Shown one piece after another: positions 13,459 through 27,374 of a DNA stretch of 64,000 nt. The DNA is from Kudoa neothunni. Its lineage: Eukaryota > Animalia > Cnidaria. The stretch spans positions 3,462,724 through 3,526,723 of the forward strand of contig OZ199839.1 of the NCBI GenBank assembly GCA_964304625.1, in the 5' to 3' direction. Below the pieces are notes generated by a model. It was not told the DNA's origin, did not search any database, and saw nothing but the letters and a program-made list of their open reading frames with translations. The position numbers were made by a program, and so were the translations under genes. Position 1 is the stretch's first letter. Each line of letters starts with the position of its first letter.

Positions 13459-14954
13459 TTGTCAAGTTTTTATTCTCTCTATAAAATTGAATGTGTAATT
13501 TAATCATCGTATGTAACGATTGCTAGATTGATTTTAAGTTTGGAATATTCGAGCAGAACTTTATTTTTTGAGGGCAAATCAATGAACAGCCAATTTTACA
13601 TTATCTTGAGAGGTGAAAATGATTCGTTTATTATATTAGTTCGAGTAGATAATTTAACCAATATAAAATATATCATTATTTAGATTTGCACCTTTGTGCT
13701 TTTTCGATTACACTTAATATTATTTTTGCAATAAAACAATTGAGAGATTGATAGAATTTACTATTTATCCACCTAACACGAGCAACAGTGAGATTAATTT
13801 TTTTAATATCCTGCGATTTTTTATTCAGTATTTTATACAAAAAAGAATAGAGGACGAACGAAGAATAAAAAAAGTTATATTTTAAAAGACACGATGTTAA
13901 AAACTGTATAATATTTCATCAAAAAAAATATGGCGGAATCTATGAATGTCAGGTGTTCAATGAAGAACTAAATGAGTAGGAAGTTTTGATAGAGTACAAA
14001 AATAAGAATCCAATTTTAAAAACCAATATCACAATAATTATACCATTGTTAATACAACCGTCTTATGTTATACAGAAAGTCCATTCCTTACACGTCTCGC
14101 TTCATTCACGCTGCTCACGTCACCTTTTTATTATACAAGGTGATCTTATTAATGAAGTAGTCAGTCTTATGGGGACAGATTCACTTAAAAATAATACACC
14201 GAAAATAATTCCATTAGTTCATCAAACCATTACAGTTATTAATATTAATGATACTAAAAGTGATGAGAAGTAGCTGAAGGTTCGGTTTGTAGTAGTATTT
14301 GAGGGAGGGGACCAACACGACAAACTAAAACAATAGAATTGTTCTATTATTTTACCCACATTCCTTATTTTTTACAGGAATAATATTTAGTTAAAATTAA
14401 GAACACCTAATTAAAATAATTAGCACATTAATTAATAACTGACGATCGGAAATAAACATCAAGTTAATCTTAAAATAGATCATTCTGAGCATGAATTCGA
14501 TGTTTTCTAATCTCTTTAAACTAAAAGTAATCTTTGTTCGTTATTGAAATTCGGCAATTGCGAGATATATCAATTACGAAAGTTTTGTGATGCATAGAAT
14601 GAATTGAAAACAACTATCTAATACCATAAATATACGACAACATCACTCTACGTTGAGGTTTAATCTATTAGAGGCAATTAGCAAGTTAATTGAGTGTTTT
14701 TTTTAAATAGTTGATTGTTTGAAAAGTGATTTGAAATAACTTCAAATGAGAACGCAGATATTTTTGAATTCCCACTCACTAATCTATTTCGATTGTATAT
14801 TTATCAAACGACGAATCTCGAAACTTCCACCTAATGCTATATAATTATCCTCTTTTCATAGGTGACGATTTGCTGATATTAAAGCTACCCAATTAGCTCT
14901 CGTAAAATTATGTGGTTTATACGCTCTAATCTAGACTTGATATTAGAAATAATT

Positions 14955-16168
14955 ATGAGAAAATTTTCTTTGGATCAAAAAATAATAAAAATCACTTCGG
15001 CTGTCCTTTTCTATTGGTGATACGACAAACAAATTTGTGCTAATACAGTTGTGTTGTATAGGCTGGTTTCAATATGTATGGTTTTTCTCAGCAAAACACT
15101 TCTAGCATACGGCGATGTGAGCATATTTAATTCGAAAACTGAAATAGACATGAGCTAATCTAGTTAAATGTTCCAATCTCGATGACCATTTCTCAATTCA
15201 CCATATCAACTGTTTTGATAATTTTTGCGTATTACTGTGTGAATCAAAGGAGAGACGAAAGTTACGTTAAGGGCGGTAGCGGCAGAAATACCTCATTGGT
15301 CTTACAATTCAAAGATGTATTTTGGGGGAATTTACACCCTAAAATGCCCTCTGCGTGTCCAAATTTAATAGTAGTTGATTTTAGACCCTTTTTCTGGCTT
15401 TCCTACTGTCAGGAATGATTGCGTTCAACAACTTGGCGCTATACTTTATATCAATTTCGTTTTATAATGTGGCCAGATCAATGAATACTGTGTTCAATGT
15501 GGTAGGAATAATAAATAAAATAGAATGTTTTATAGTGTGATCTTTGTTGGTAGATTTTTACCAAACTAATCCTCAAAGACGAAATCTCGTTGAAAGTGTT
15601 GGGCTGCTGTTTGATTATCTTTTGTGGGTTTATGATGGGTTGTGCTGATTGTTATGTGAGCGATACCACAGAAATATACATCACCAGTAAAAGCATAATG
15701 TTAAAAGGCATTGTGTTTGGTGTGCTGGGATCACTATTCAACAGTCTCTATAGTGTGATATCGAAACAAATGCTCCAAAAATATACCAACCTTCAAGTGA
15801 TGCTCACACTTAATCCAACTGCACTCGTTCTTATAACTCCGCTAATTTTTATAAATAACGAAGTGGATCTGCTGAGAGCCACCGAAAAACATGTGTGGCT
15901 TTCACCTTGTTTGTATACGTTGATTGTGTTGAGTGGTATCTGTGGTATGATGGTGACATACGCTTCACTACTCCAAATTGAGGTCACTTCGCCACTCACA
16001 CACAATGTCAGTTCCACTTCAAAGTCGTATGTTCTTACTATCATTGCAGTGCTTGTCCACAAAGAGTTCAATCATACCACCTACTTCTGGCTAAGTAATG
16101 CGTTGGTATTGAGTGGATCACTACTGTATGCGAGTGTGAGGCATTCTGAATTGAAAAATAGCATGTAG
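14955..16168 (+). CDS. SLC35C1: GDP-fucose transporter 1 (SLC35 nucleotide-sugar transporter), 5 exons
   Basis: Spliced product contains AVLFYWLVSICMVFLSK, MIAFNNLALYFISISFYNVARSMNTVFNV and LQIEVTSPLTHNVSSTSK, matching SLC35C1 signature segments. Confidence 0.9.
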
Positions 16169-16558
16169 ACATTTTTATTGTGTATGATAGTGTTATTTTG
16201 TTCTATAATTTTGATAAATGATCTTCTTAAATGAAATGAATATGTGCTGTTAATTTCGCTCTACTATTTGCTATTTGATTTAATTTTTCGCAAACAATCG
16301 CGTAAAGCCTTAGCCTGGATGTAGACATGGGATTATCTCGGGAGGGCGCGTGCCGATCATAATTGCCAAAATTGAAATTTAATTTGTAATTTTTAGCTGT
16401 AAAATATCGTTTGTGAGCTGGACACTACGTTTATATTTAAATAAGTTATATTTATTTGTGCAATCGCATGAGCTAGTCTGGGGTGACATCAGTTTAGAAA
16501 ACGGGTTTGCGTACTGTGAGCATTTTTGTATATTTACTTCGATTCCTTCGATTATATC

Positions 16559-17491
16559 TAGGGCATGCAAATTTCGATTAAAATAGATTTTGATCGATTT
16601 ATACTGTCGAATTGTAGAAAATATCCCGTTTTTATTTTTTTTATCGAAAAAATCGGTTTCCGCCGAAAAGGAATGTTTGAAAATGGGTAGGAAAAGACGT
16701 GAATTGACTAATTACTTAGTGGAATGGAGCGATTTCGAAGCCATTGAGGATTCGCTGGACCGTAAATATTGCAAAGGACATAAAGAGTTGTTGAAGATAC
16801 AATCTGATGGCCTTGATACGCTTAACTTATCATTAATTTTTGTAATTATTGCTCTTACTACGTTGGATGATTTCTCAAAATTAATAGAAACAATTTGATA
16901 TTTAAATGTGAAAATTTACGTGACTCCACAAATGAAGAAATTAATCGATCAATACTCCAAAATTTCAAGTAAACTTTTTTTTCGCTTGAAACTTTTTAAA
17001 CAATGAAATATATTGATGCATGCATTCCAGTTACTATTGATAAATTAAATGTTGATGATTTTTATTACTTTTTATAAAGTAAAGAGAAGATTGATAACGA
17101 GTACAACATGTTATGTAAAATAATGAAAGATTCAGTTAGACCCTCAGACATTGATTCCTGAAATAAAGTGTGGAATGCTTGTCCTACTCTTTCGAGACTT
17201 TGTCAAGATATATTGATTCTTCAGTTTCCTCCATTGATGCTGAAAGGAGTTTCTCAAGATTGCGAAATATACTTGGAAAAGAAAGGATCACACTTTATGA
17301 TGGGCGCCTAACAATGCTCTAAATACTCGATTTTAATGGTCCATTATAACTAAAATTAAAAATCTACAATCTACTTTTTTGTAAATTATGAGTTTTTTTT
17401 TCAAAAAAAAAGTCGATAAAAACTGAATTAAACATTTTTTTTTATTTCGGTCGATTTGGAAAAAAATAATCGTCGAAAATTGCCAACCTTA
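16559..17491 (+). mobile_element. hAT element (TAGGG-type TIR), internally deleted, with transposase C-terminal remnant
   Basis: Exact 8-bp TSD ATTATATC at 16551-16558 and 17492-17499; imperfect TIRs TAGGGCATGCAAATTTCGA / TCGAAAATTGCCAACCTTA; CPTLSRLCQDILI...VSSIDAERSFSRLRNILGKER is a hAT dimerisation domain. Confidence 0.85.
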
Positions 17492-17920
17492 ATTATATCT
17501 GACAAGGTCGATTAAATTCTTTAGTCATATAATGTAAAAACGACGCAAGCAAAATATAACGCGTTATTTAAAAATAGTTATATGCTCTAAGTTGTGTGAA
17601 ATTCCGTATGAAGACCTATTGAGATTTTGAATGAATGTGTATTAATCTGATTGATATAAAATGAGAAATATACAATAATATGGCGTAAAATTTCGAAGAG
17701 TTAGACAGGAGAAGAATAATAACATTTTACGTCATCTGACTGAGGGCATACGACACAAATACATGACTAATGGATCGTAACCCTCGAACATTGAGGAAAA
17801 AGGTTACACGAATACCTGGGGGTGACCACTAAGACTACATGCAAAAATGTATTAGAATAACAAAAATCGTTGCACTTAAGATTGAGAACATAATTATAAA
17901 CGTTATTTTTTACGTTTTAA

Positions 17921-19504
17921 CCCTCCCTGTCCGAAGGGGGGTCCATTAGGTACCCCAATTCCATTATTTTTCGTGTTACTCTGAGAGTGAACTATTGATT
18001 TCTTAACTATTCTAGGAGTGCCTCAATAAGGTCAAAAAGTTCTTATAAAAACTAAATTTTTCCCCCTGATTTAAGGAATACGCCCTAGAGATTATATTTA
18101 TTTCATAATCCGAATATATATCCAAGTAGAACTTCAAGAAAAATTGTCCATTATATACACATGAATCTATTTTACTTAATTATATTTATAAATTTTGTTT
18201 AATTGATTTCAAAGTCATATATAAGTAAGGCTTATATATACTTCGATTTAATACGAGATTAGCGAGAATTAATCCCTATCGCGCTCTTGGTTGGTAGGCT
18301 CTTGTTTCTTTAAAGAATCTACTTACCAACAATAAATTAGTCCATGATTCATTATATGCAACATAACTGTTAGAATCTTTGTGTATCATCGGGGGGTTCC
18401 GTAATTTTTATTCAGTGAAATATAATGGAAGTGGCTATTGACACGGATCGTAACATCCAGGTAGGTATAATTAAATACAGTGGATTCTAAAAAAATACAC
18501 GTTATAGATCAACTATTAATAGGAGTTAACGGGGTTAAGAATGAGCACCGCACAAGCGTACTTGCCATCTTGGATTAAAAACTTACGTACCAATAACCAG
18601 TGCCAGATATAAATTGATAGAGTATAAAACATTTGGTTAATAATTGTTCTATTGCAAATTTATTAAAATAAGCAATAGGACCTACAAAAAAATTTTAAAA
18701 ATAGTCAGAAATAATGATTATTGATATTTTTAATTAGTATATAATTGTAGTTAAAACATCGTGTGTTTATTAATTATTGATATCGACTTGTATGTGCCAC
18801 GATTTATTCGTATAGAGGCGTTAAACGTATGTTGCTGCAGTTTTTCAAGTACGGATACCAAAATATTCAAACATCTTAGGTTCCCTCCAAATAAATTCTT
18901 CAATGTAATCATACTAACACTTAAATATGCAAATAAATTTAAAAAAGTTCGTAAAAACGTAAGTGGGAGTAGCATTTAAGAATATAAATAAATTACTAAG
19001 CAATGCACCTTTTATAATTTTTTTATTTTACTTTGGAAGAAATTAAAATGATGTGAGATTTTCACACACTGCTTTCTATGAAAACTTAGAGTAAATTGCA
19101 TGCGCGTCTACATTTACACATTTATTACTTTGGAAACAGTCCGATAATTTCTACAGAACGGCGCTCAGTTGGGCCAATGTTTGATCATCGTCTATTAATT
19201 TTTTATGGAACCTAGTCGATTAAATTAGATATTTATTTCATTTAGACATCTTCGAATCCTTTGGTGCTGAAATTTATGCGCTGATTTCATCACATTAGTC
19301 CGACACAATAAGTTCATCTTGGTCTCATATCTGCATTTTTAGCAACCGAAGAGAACTAGATTTTGTTTCTTATACTTATAAATATCTTTAAATAACATCA
19401 CGTTAGTTTCGTAATAATTGATAGCGTTTAAGACCAATTAAAAAGGGTCCCAAGTGGACCCCCTCGGCACACGCGTGATGTTTTCGCACGCAGTGCGGGG
19501 AGGG
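17921..19504 (+). mobile_element. Non-autonomous piggyBac
   Basis: TTAA|CCCTCCC ... GGGAGGG|TTAA; subterminal GGG(G)TCC-N-(GG)ACCCC at both ends; internal VIDQLLIGVNG and CHLGLKTY remnants; 18430-18610 is homologous (inverted) to 30860-31030. Confidence 0.85.
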
Positions 19505-19796
19505 TTAACAACTTCACTAAAAATTTTCAAAAAAACGTGCTTAGACAGCAATCGCATTTAAAACCGCTTACGATCGAGAATAGTTATTGCGAATTTAATA
19601 CATTATTATTTTTTTATAAAGAAATCGTGTTTAATGTTGTTATTATTTTATCAATATATTAACACATTTAAAACCTAGGATTAAATATTTTCAAATATAT
19701 ATCCTGTTATCGTATGCAACCTTGTTAGTCCCAAAAATCCTAACAATATCTAATCTCGACTTTATAAGTGTCAATATTGTAGTTCCCAATATGTAA

Positions 19797-21896
19797 TCTT
19801 CTATTCTGTATACAGTCGAATTCCGTTTATTTGATAATGATGTAGATTCTAAATAAAAAATTTTAGCAACCGCAATCCGAAACCAATTTTGGCTGGAATT
19901 TTCGGATAAAAATACCTTGAAGTCTGGATTAGCGCCTGGTTAAAATGGTCCCCGCACTTATTTTTTGGATACATATGCTAGTTATTTATTCAATTTAAGT
20001 TTATGTTTAATTAGTAGAAATAGCGTAATGTAGATAATATGGTACTTTATGTTCAAAATGCAACCATGTTCATGATGAACGAATAAATGTTGGGTAAAGA
20101 AAAACTCCCTTATATCTTTTCATGAGTAATAAAATATAAAAATGGAATTTATTGGATTGTTTAATCTCAAACTAGCAGTAACTTCATAAGACCAATTTAT
20201 CCACGGAATTCACTCAATTCAACAATGTTCACACATCAGTTCTTCCCACAACACCTCCACTTTTCAGTCTAATTGAGTCTCAACAATCTTAAATAATTAT
20301 TAAGTTGTTGGAATATTACATATTTTAATTCATGGGGAAATTCTAAATATCGTTACTTTATTATTCTTACCATAATTATTATTACAGCCCACAATATCCA
20401 AATAGGGAATAAATAATAAAAAAATTAATAATAATAGTCAATTTTTTAGAAACTAGAATGTATCAATCTAAAATGGCGCAGCGGCGTTAAGGTCGCTCAT
20501 ATCGGTAATATGCGTGTGCCGACTACGTTGGATCTAGAGCTACTGCCTTAAACTAATGTTTCACATTGTATCTACTAGTATAACTTATATATAGTAGAGT
20601 TTTCTTTAAAAATATAAATCAAACATTGAATAATGAAAAATAAAGTATGTAACCAATTTACAATTTTTCCCCCGTTGCACATGCGCAATAATGAAATTCG
20701 TTTAACCGAAATTTCAATATCCAAAAGAAAATGCCAGATCCCAATATTTTCGGATAAACAGGAGTCGACTGTGTATATAAAATCCTTTGTCTGCCTGTGT
20801 GTGACACAAGTGCGCAAGCGCGATTAAATTTTTTAAAATCATCACGTTTCAAAATCTTTGATTTGTTTCCACACTACCAAGTGTTCCCAAACATGTTTAG
20901 AAAATAGTGATTTGAAGATTCAAAATTTGTTGGGCGGATTACATGAGTTCAATTGTAGGATTAACACCAGCCAATGCCATGGCGATGGACGGCTGAAGCT
21001 AACTTTCCCCTTGTATGCTTTATCAAATGTAATTTAAGCGATAGCATATGACTTTTTATATAATATCAACCTGATCCTTCGAGTGTTTGCGCTAATATAC
21101 TCTCCATATCGGGAGTTTAATGTATTTGACTGGATAAACACACGTCGAAGGTTCTATTCATTGTTTTAGATATGGAAAAAAGTTTATATTTGCATCATTA
21201 ATAGCGAATTGGTAGACCATGCTATAATAGGGTAGATTGAAGCATTATATTGCAAGCGCTGGGTCCGTGGATTTCATTGGAATCGTCCGCAATGTTGAAT
21301 TTTCAGTGATTAAATTCAATGCCAATGGTTGTACTCTTATTTCATCTAATTATATAAATTGTTTATGTTGATATTGAAGCGATTTTTATCTGTTTGTGTG
21401 GGAACAATGCACTAATGTTTATGCCGAGTCAAGCGATGCTAATTTTAGAAATATCAATTAATTTCCATATGTTCCCTTCTATCTCTATTACTTTTTCTAT
21501 TTTTCTATTTCTTAGAAAGTTAGTGGTGCACACAGTTTTTGAGCCGGGACAGAATTCGACTTTTAAAAATTCCTCGGCCAAAAAATGTTTTAAATAACAC
21601 TTTAACGGGATTTAAATAATTCGGGAATGAAAAAAAAATGACGCTGATCTTAAATTATTTAGCCTTTTTGCCGAGCCACGAAATTTTTAAATGAGCACCG
21701 GGATTGGAACACTCCTTCAAAGAAATAATCATAATTTAGATTCCATAATCCAAATCGTTAAAATATGTTGTTTAAAACTTTTTATTTGTTTTATTTCTAT
21801 GGGTTAATTCAAAGTTCCAGTATATTTTTTGAATGTTATTAAAAAACCTCTCTAGGCGAAACCTTCCCCCAAACAATGCTGGGCAGTTCGAGCTAG
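19797..21896 (+). mobile_element. Non-autonomous Helitron whose 5' terminus is split by a Tigger-type MITE
   Basis: A|TCTTCTATTCTGTATA[MITE]TGTATATAAAATCCTTTGTCTGCCTGTGTGTG matches the Helitron 5' ends at 26655 and 45770; 3' end CCCAAACAATGCTGGG...GCTAG|T at 21896. Confidence 0.65.
19813..20771. mobile_element. pogo/Tigger-type non-autonomous element
   Basis: TA|CAGTCGAATTCCGTTTAT ... GGATAAACAGGAGTCGACTG|TG; right ~100 bp homologous to 3480-3584. Confidence 0.75.
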
Positions 21897-23123
21897 TATT
21901 TAATATAATTGTTAATCTAAACATAATATAAACAGCTAGAGAATTTACAATTTGAACAATTTCATTTCATGAGTCTTTAGAAAGGAGCAAGATCGGTAAT
22001 AGTTGTGTATATTTGGGGAGATCAAAAAAACAGCTGTCACTGGTAAATCACATTCCATATGGAAAAATTAGGATAAACTCCTGAAAACCTCCATTAATCC
22101 TTCGATAAGATAACGATCCGAAGTTTTTTTTAAATATTCTACCTAAAGTAACCGAACTGGATTTTGACGCCCGGTTAACTTTTGTTGTCTCTTACAAGGA
22201 TTACAACGATAATAATACGGAATTCGGGATAATACAATATATTTTTAATACAAAAGATATGCGAAGATTAGCACGGCATTTCGACTATATTACCACAGAA
22301 ATTAAATGTATCAATATTGGAACATGGCGGATTCATTTCAAGCCGTATCTCTCTTAAAATCAATATCATTGATTTCTTAATGACAGTTAGATTTAGTTCA
22401 ATGGACCGCTACACATTTAATATTTAGTTATTCAATAGAAAAAATCAACTTAAACATAAATATTCAATGTTTTGAAATCAATTATAAATCTTTTAAACCT
22501 AGCTTTTGTGGACAACTACAGAGCTCACATTTTGGTAATGGTTTAATTAATTTACGAATAAAAACAAATTTTCACCCCTGTGAAGGACCAATCATAATTT
22601 AAAAAATATTAATCTAAATACTACTGAACCTGCTAATAGCCACTTCGTTATTAAATGATTATAAGAGATTACGCATCCAGGTAAAATATGTGGGATAAGT
22701 TGGGGTTGAATCAATCCCTACATACGCATTTTCATATCGTAAAGTATTTAATTATTGTTGCGCTATATTTTAAATTTTAGTTCGACTATGAGCTAAAATA
22801 ACAAAATTTGTGGATGGTTGTCTTAAATTCCGAATAACAACGAACAGAACGGTGAATCAAACATTAATAACAAGACAAACAATAAAATATATCTGTTTAG
22901 CGCACTTTTCTTGTAATTTTCAGTTGAATCGTTTTCATATATATTAGATATCAATTTGAAAAACAAAATGGAATCGATCTATCGGCTATGCTCAATTATT
23001 GACGACTAATCATTGCAGTTTCTTATTAACGAATATTTCTATTCCTTAAGCGGATTAATTCGTCGATTATTACCATAAAGTCAGTTGCTCGTAAGTTGAC
23101 CCTGTTTGCACATACAAAGTGAT

Positions 23124-24125
23124 ATGCTTGGTGACATTGCTATAAACGTGAATTCTCTGAAAGAACCCCGAGGTTTTATCAAATGCGTCCAAACGGTAAC
23201 AATCTTATTTTTGTCACTACAACTATTCTGTTGACAGTTGTTTTCATGTTAAATTCAATATTTCTCATGTCAACTTAATTGAATAGTTTGGTATATGTGC
23301 AGTTTGATACACTATTCTATTTAAATAATAATGTGTGTGTGCGTTTTGAATTGGACTGATATGTACATTTTAAATTAGCTTCTATCAATGCTCGTGTTCT
23401 CGTTGTACGTGAGTACCAGTTTCGAGGTTGATTACACTCTCAAATGTGAAAGCGGCAACCCGCCATTGGAATCACACAAACTCAAACTTGATTATCCTTT
23501 TGAGTTGAAACCTGCCGAAGGAACGTTCACATTCAAGAGATGTCAGGATAGCGAAGCGGAGGCTAATTTATTATTTGCTCCCGAACTCAAATCGCCAAAC
23601 CTCAGCAAATTTCACGTTTTTATGGGTGTCGTACCGTTCATTTATGGTGTGGCCTGCATCATCTATTTTTTGTTTTTCGAATTGGATATCACACAACCTG
23701 GAGCTGATCGACATCAAGTGCTTTTCTACACTGCAGATATTGGATTTAGCTTGTTCACTTTGTTTTTCGGTTCGATTGCTTGTTTCTGTGTTATGTCGGT
23801 CTCAACCAACCTTGCCTATTACGCTAAAGAAAGTACTTTCAAAGAAAAAATGAAAGGTTTGTGCACTACTAAGGATGTCTGTACGGTCACCAACCATTTC
23901 AACCATTCGAATATAATCGCCTCAATTCTTTTCCAATTGGCCAATCTTGGTGTGTGGGGTTTCAGTTTGTATATGATGTGGAAAGATCAAGCGTGGAAAG
24001 CAGTTACCACTATGCCTTATGATAACGAACCAAATAACCCTGCCTCTGGTGCAGCACCGGGTGCAACCACTCAAGCTTATTCGGCCGCTTATGGTAACGA
24101 TTACGAGTACACCTACTCCAATTAA
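23124..24125 (+). CDS. SYP: Synaptophysin/synaptoporin-family MARVEL protein, 2 exons (23124-23195, 23379-24125)
   Basis: Exon 1 NSLKEPRGFIKCVQT (physin KEPxGFxK motif), LDYPFEL loop, four TM segments, paired loop Cys, LGVWGFSLYMMWKD and a Tyr/Pro/Ala-rich tail. Confidence 0.85.
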
Positions 24126-24407
24126 CATCACTACATACCTTTCTTATTGAGTAGAGCAATATTGCTTAAAAGTTCTGCTCTAATAGTATTTTCCTTTTGT
24201 TGTTATTAATCAACAGTTCTTTTTTATGGCAGCAATACGAATTGTTATTTTTGTTTCAGTATCAACTCGTCTTAGGTCTTAGGGGGTATTCGTTTCGTTT
24301 TCGTCCTAGCTTAAATCCCACGTTATCGTATGGTTTATGAGTAGTCATAAACAATAAAACTTGTTTTATCAAGTAATGATGTTATAACGATCCTTCCTAT
24401 ATAGTTA

Positions 24408-24860
24408 AAGTCGTATCTGGATGTTGCGTAATTTCACAAGTTTATTGAAATGTAAAATATATTTTAAATTTTTTACTTAAACTTTGCTTGTATATTATTT
24501 AAATTAATGTTAACTGAGCAAAAAAAGATAAAAATGTTTTAATGAAAAAATATGAACTTAAGATAACGCGCTAAAACTAAAGTTTCACTATTGCGTAACA
24601 TTTTATGCGGTATAATCCTCAATTAATAATCTTCTTTTCGAATCCTGCAAAACAAAAATGGCAAGGAATCAGCAAACAGTGACTGAATCAGCTGAAATAA
24701 TCGAATACCAAAATTCGATTAAATCATTCAAAGGGGGAAATGAATGACATTAAACTTCACAAACCATCTAATAATATAAAATTATCTGGCTCCAATATAA
24801 TATATTTGCAAGTCATTCTACATTTAATAGAATTCTAACCTCTCAAAATGATATTATTAA
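24408..24860 (+). mobile_element. 5' fragment of the same Tigger family as 53579-55499, truncated by a Helitron
   Basis: (A)AGTCGTATCTGGATGTTGCGTAATTTCACAAGTTTATTGAAA and ATGGCAAGGAATCAG (MARNQ) align with the reverse complement of 55499-55060. Confidence 0.8.
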
Positions 24861-26655
24861 CTAGCGCTAATTCCCAGCTTTGCTTGGTAATGTCTGATGG
24901 AAAATTTTAACTTTTAGTTTTACTTTTTTAATTGAGAAATTCTACGGATGATTTAATCTAAGTAGCACGCTAAACTCCGTAAACTTTATTTTTCTAGTTT
25001 AATTGATGCATTTTAAAGTCTGTCCTTATTTTTGCAATGTGATGATGATTTAGATAAACGAAATTATGCAGGAATTTTCCTTTCAAGTATAAATAGAGGT
25101 ATTGAGGGAAATTAATGAGTATATTTAAGTTTATTTTACAAATTATTGACCAAAAATATAATGACCTTAATTTTATGAGCAGTGTAATTAATGATTAAAG
25201 TTCATTTATTTATTAAAAAACATCATTAAATAACTTAAATAGGGCCTTCAGTTCTTTTCAAAATCATACGATAAAAAATAATCCCTCTAATTATAAGATT
25301 TATTATTAATCTACAAACGATAAAAAAATCAAATCAACCTAAGATGCGTCAGAAAAAAATATTAATTGTTACTCCTTTTTTTGCAATTTTATAAAGGATG
25401 TTATTAACGAGGTTTTAATAATCTATGAGTGGTAACTTACGTATTCACTATTTTAACATAATTTCCCAATTTTTAAATAATTGAAACCTTTCTTTTTAAC
25501 AAAAATATATAAATTAAATTATCAAAATACAATTAAATCTAAAATGTAAAGGTGTTCTTGATTTGAAAAATTATAGTAATGCTTAAATATCAACTGGTTT
25601 TCTCAAAGGAGTGCACCCTTTTAAAAATAAATGTACTGTTTAATTAGCCTAAAAAAATTTATTCGTATTGATCTATTCTTAGTTAAACAAAAACTTTGTG
25701 AAAATATCGGTTAGATCGAACGGACCGATAATTTCTTATTAACTTGCGTGTCACGTACTGAGGGGGACCGTATTTTTTGCAAAAGTAATCGTGAATATAA
25801 ATTCTTAATCTACATATAGAATGTGGTGTCGCATACTATCACGCAATTTTTCTATTGTAATGAATTATTTTTAACAAATAGACAATTATATGTTGATTTG
25901 AATATTAACCTTAAGGTTTGGGGGTAAGGAATAATTAGGTTACTAAGAATTAAATATTATTTAAAAAGTTATCTCATCAAATATAAACTTATCGAAATGA
26001 CGAATATAGTTTCGATCTCAATTGATATATTTGATAAAAAGAAATTTTCATTTAAGAAGTTATCACAAAAATTTAATTGTCTGAAAACTCTACGCACATC
26101 TTACATCGTCTTTAGAATGCGTATAGAGACCAAAATTATTCCAACGTGGCAACAACTTATAATCTCAAATTATGTGTTTTATTTAAAATGTAAAATGATC
26201 ATAATCTTTTCGCTTAACTATATCCCTAAAGCTTGAAAAATGAAAATACATCTTAAATAATTTGATTATTCTTCAAATTTTAAAGAAAATGCAACAATTA
26301 TTGTAAAAATGGCGTATATAACATTTCAAAAACATTCTATACCATAATTAGCAGATTTTCTTTATATGCAGTAAGTAAAAGTTTATTCAAATTGAGTATC
26401 ACTCTGAAGTAAACAAACATCATTATTATTCAGATACCATTTAATCTGGTAATTGATGAAAACATCCAGAAAATTCCTTACTTCTGACGGCGGTGTTGAT
26501 TATATTTATACTTCTAAGTAAATGAACGATTTTTATTAATGGTATCATCCATTCAAATGCGAATTAAAAGCTGTATTTAAAAAAAGTTTCTCCGTGGCAC
26601 ATGCGCACTTGTGGACACACACACAGGCTGACTGACAAAGGATTATATATATAGA
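24861..26655 (-). mobile_element. Non-autonomous Helitron
   Basis: Minus strand 5' A|TCTATATATATAATCCTTTGTCAGTCAGCCTGTGTGTG; 3' CAAGCAAAGCTGGGAATTAGCGCTAG|T. Confidence 0.65.
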
Positions 26656-27374
26656 TTATTCAACAATAAAACATTTATAAGAATTAAATCTCATTTTAAA
26701 CATTTTAGTAATATGCGTATAAATACGAAAATTTCCAATGAAATTGTTTATTTATAAAGATATTACGAAATTGTTTGACAAAGTTACGAAATAGCTTGGA
26801 AGACCCTTTAAATATAAAGTATGTTTGTTTTTCATAAAAACCGCGTTTTATTATATATTAAACCTTCCTTTTATCCTTATTTTAATAATCACTGTAACTA
26901 ATGAAAATAGAGACTTCTATAGCGAAAATATTTCGATTATTAGAGCATTTTTCATTTAGAAATTTTTAGATGGATTGTGCCTATAAATGTTTACATATAT
27001 AAATTATAGAATAAAGTTTATTAAAGTTTGTATTTAAGATTTATGTATCATTGTCTATATTTCGTAGGAGTTTTAAAAAATTAAAAAAAATTATTAATAT
27101 GAATTTCGACGGTATTAATTTTCGTTTTAACACCCTAAATAATTCGTTTCTTAGTGATTATAAACTGATAATATATATTTAAAATAAAAAAATTACATAA
27201 TTAATTTATATCCAAGATATTTAGGTAACATGAGGAATATCGAATAAATAATTTAAGTTAAAATAGTTATATGTATGTCTGGATTAAGCATTAGGACGAA
27301 CTGAGGTCCGTGTTATGTCCATCGAACACATTAAGGGTACATAAGCAAAAAAGTTAAGAACCTCTGTATTAAAC

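Noticed and set aside
13986-14273. Standalone ORFs such as 7843, 11227, 13986, 18761, 25997, 33354, 37191, 55941, 58698 and the antisense ORFs overlapping real genes
   Set aside because: They have the low-complexity I/K/F/N composition typical of random AT-rich frames, or are shadows of genes on the opposite strand; no motifs.
21960-22340. Possible minus-strand gene or Merlin-like Zn-ribbon remnant (YYYRCNPCKRQ)
   Set aside because: No consistent reading frame, splice model or termini could be built.
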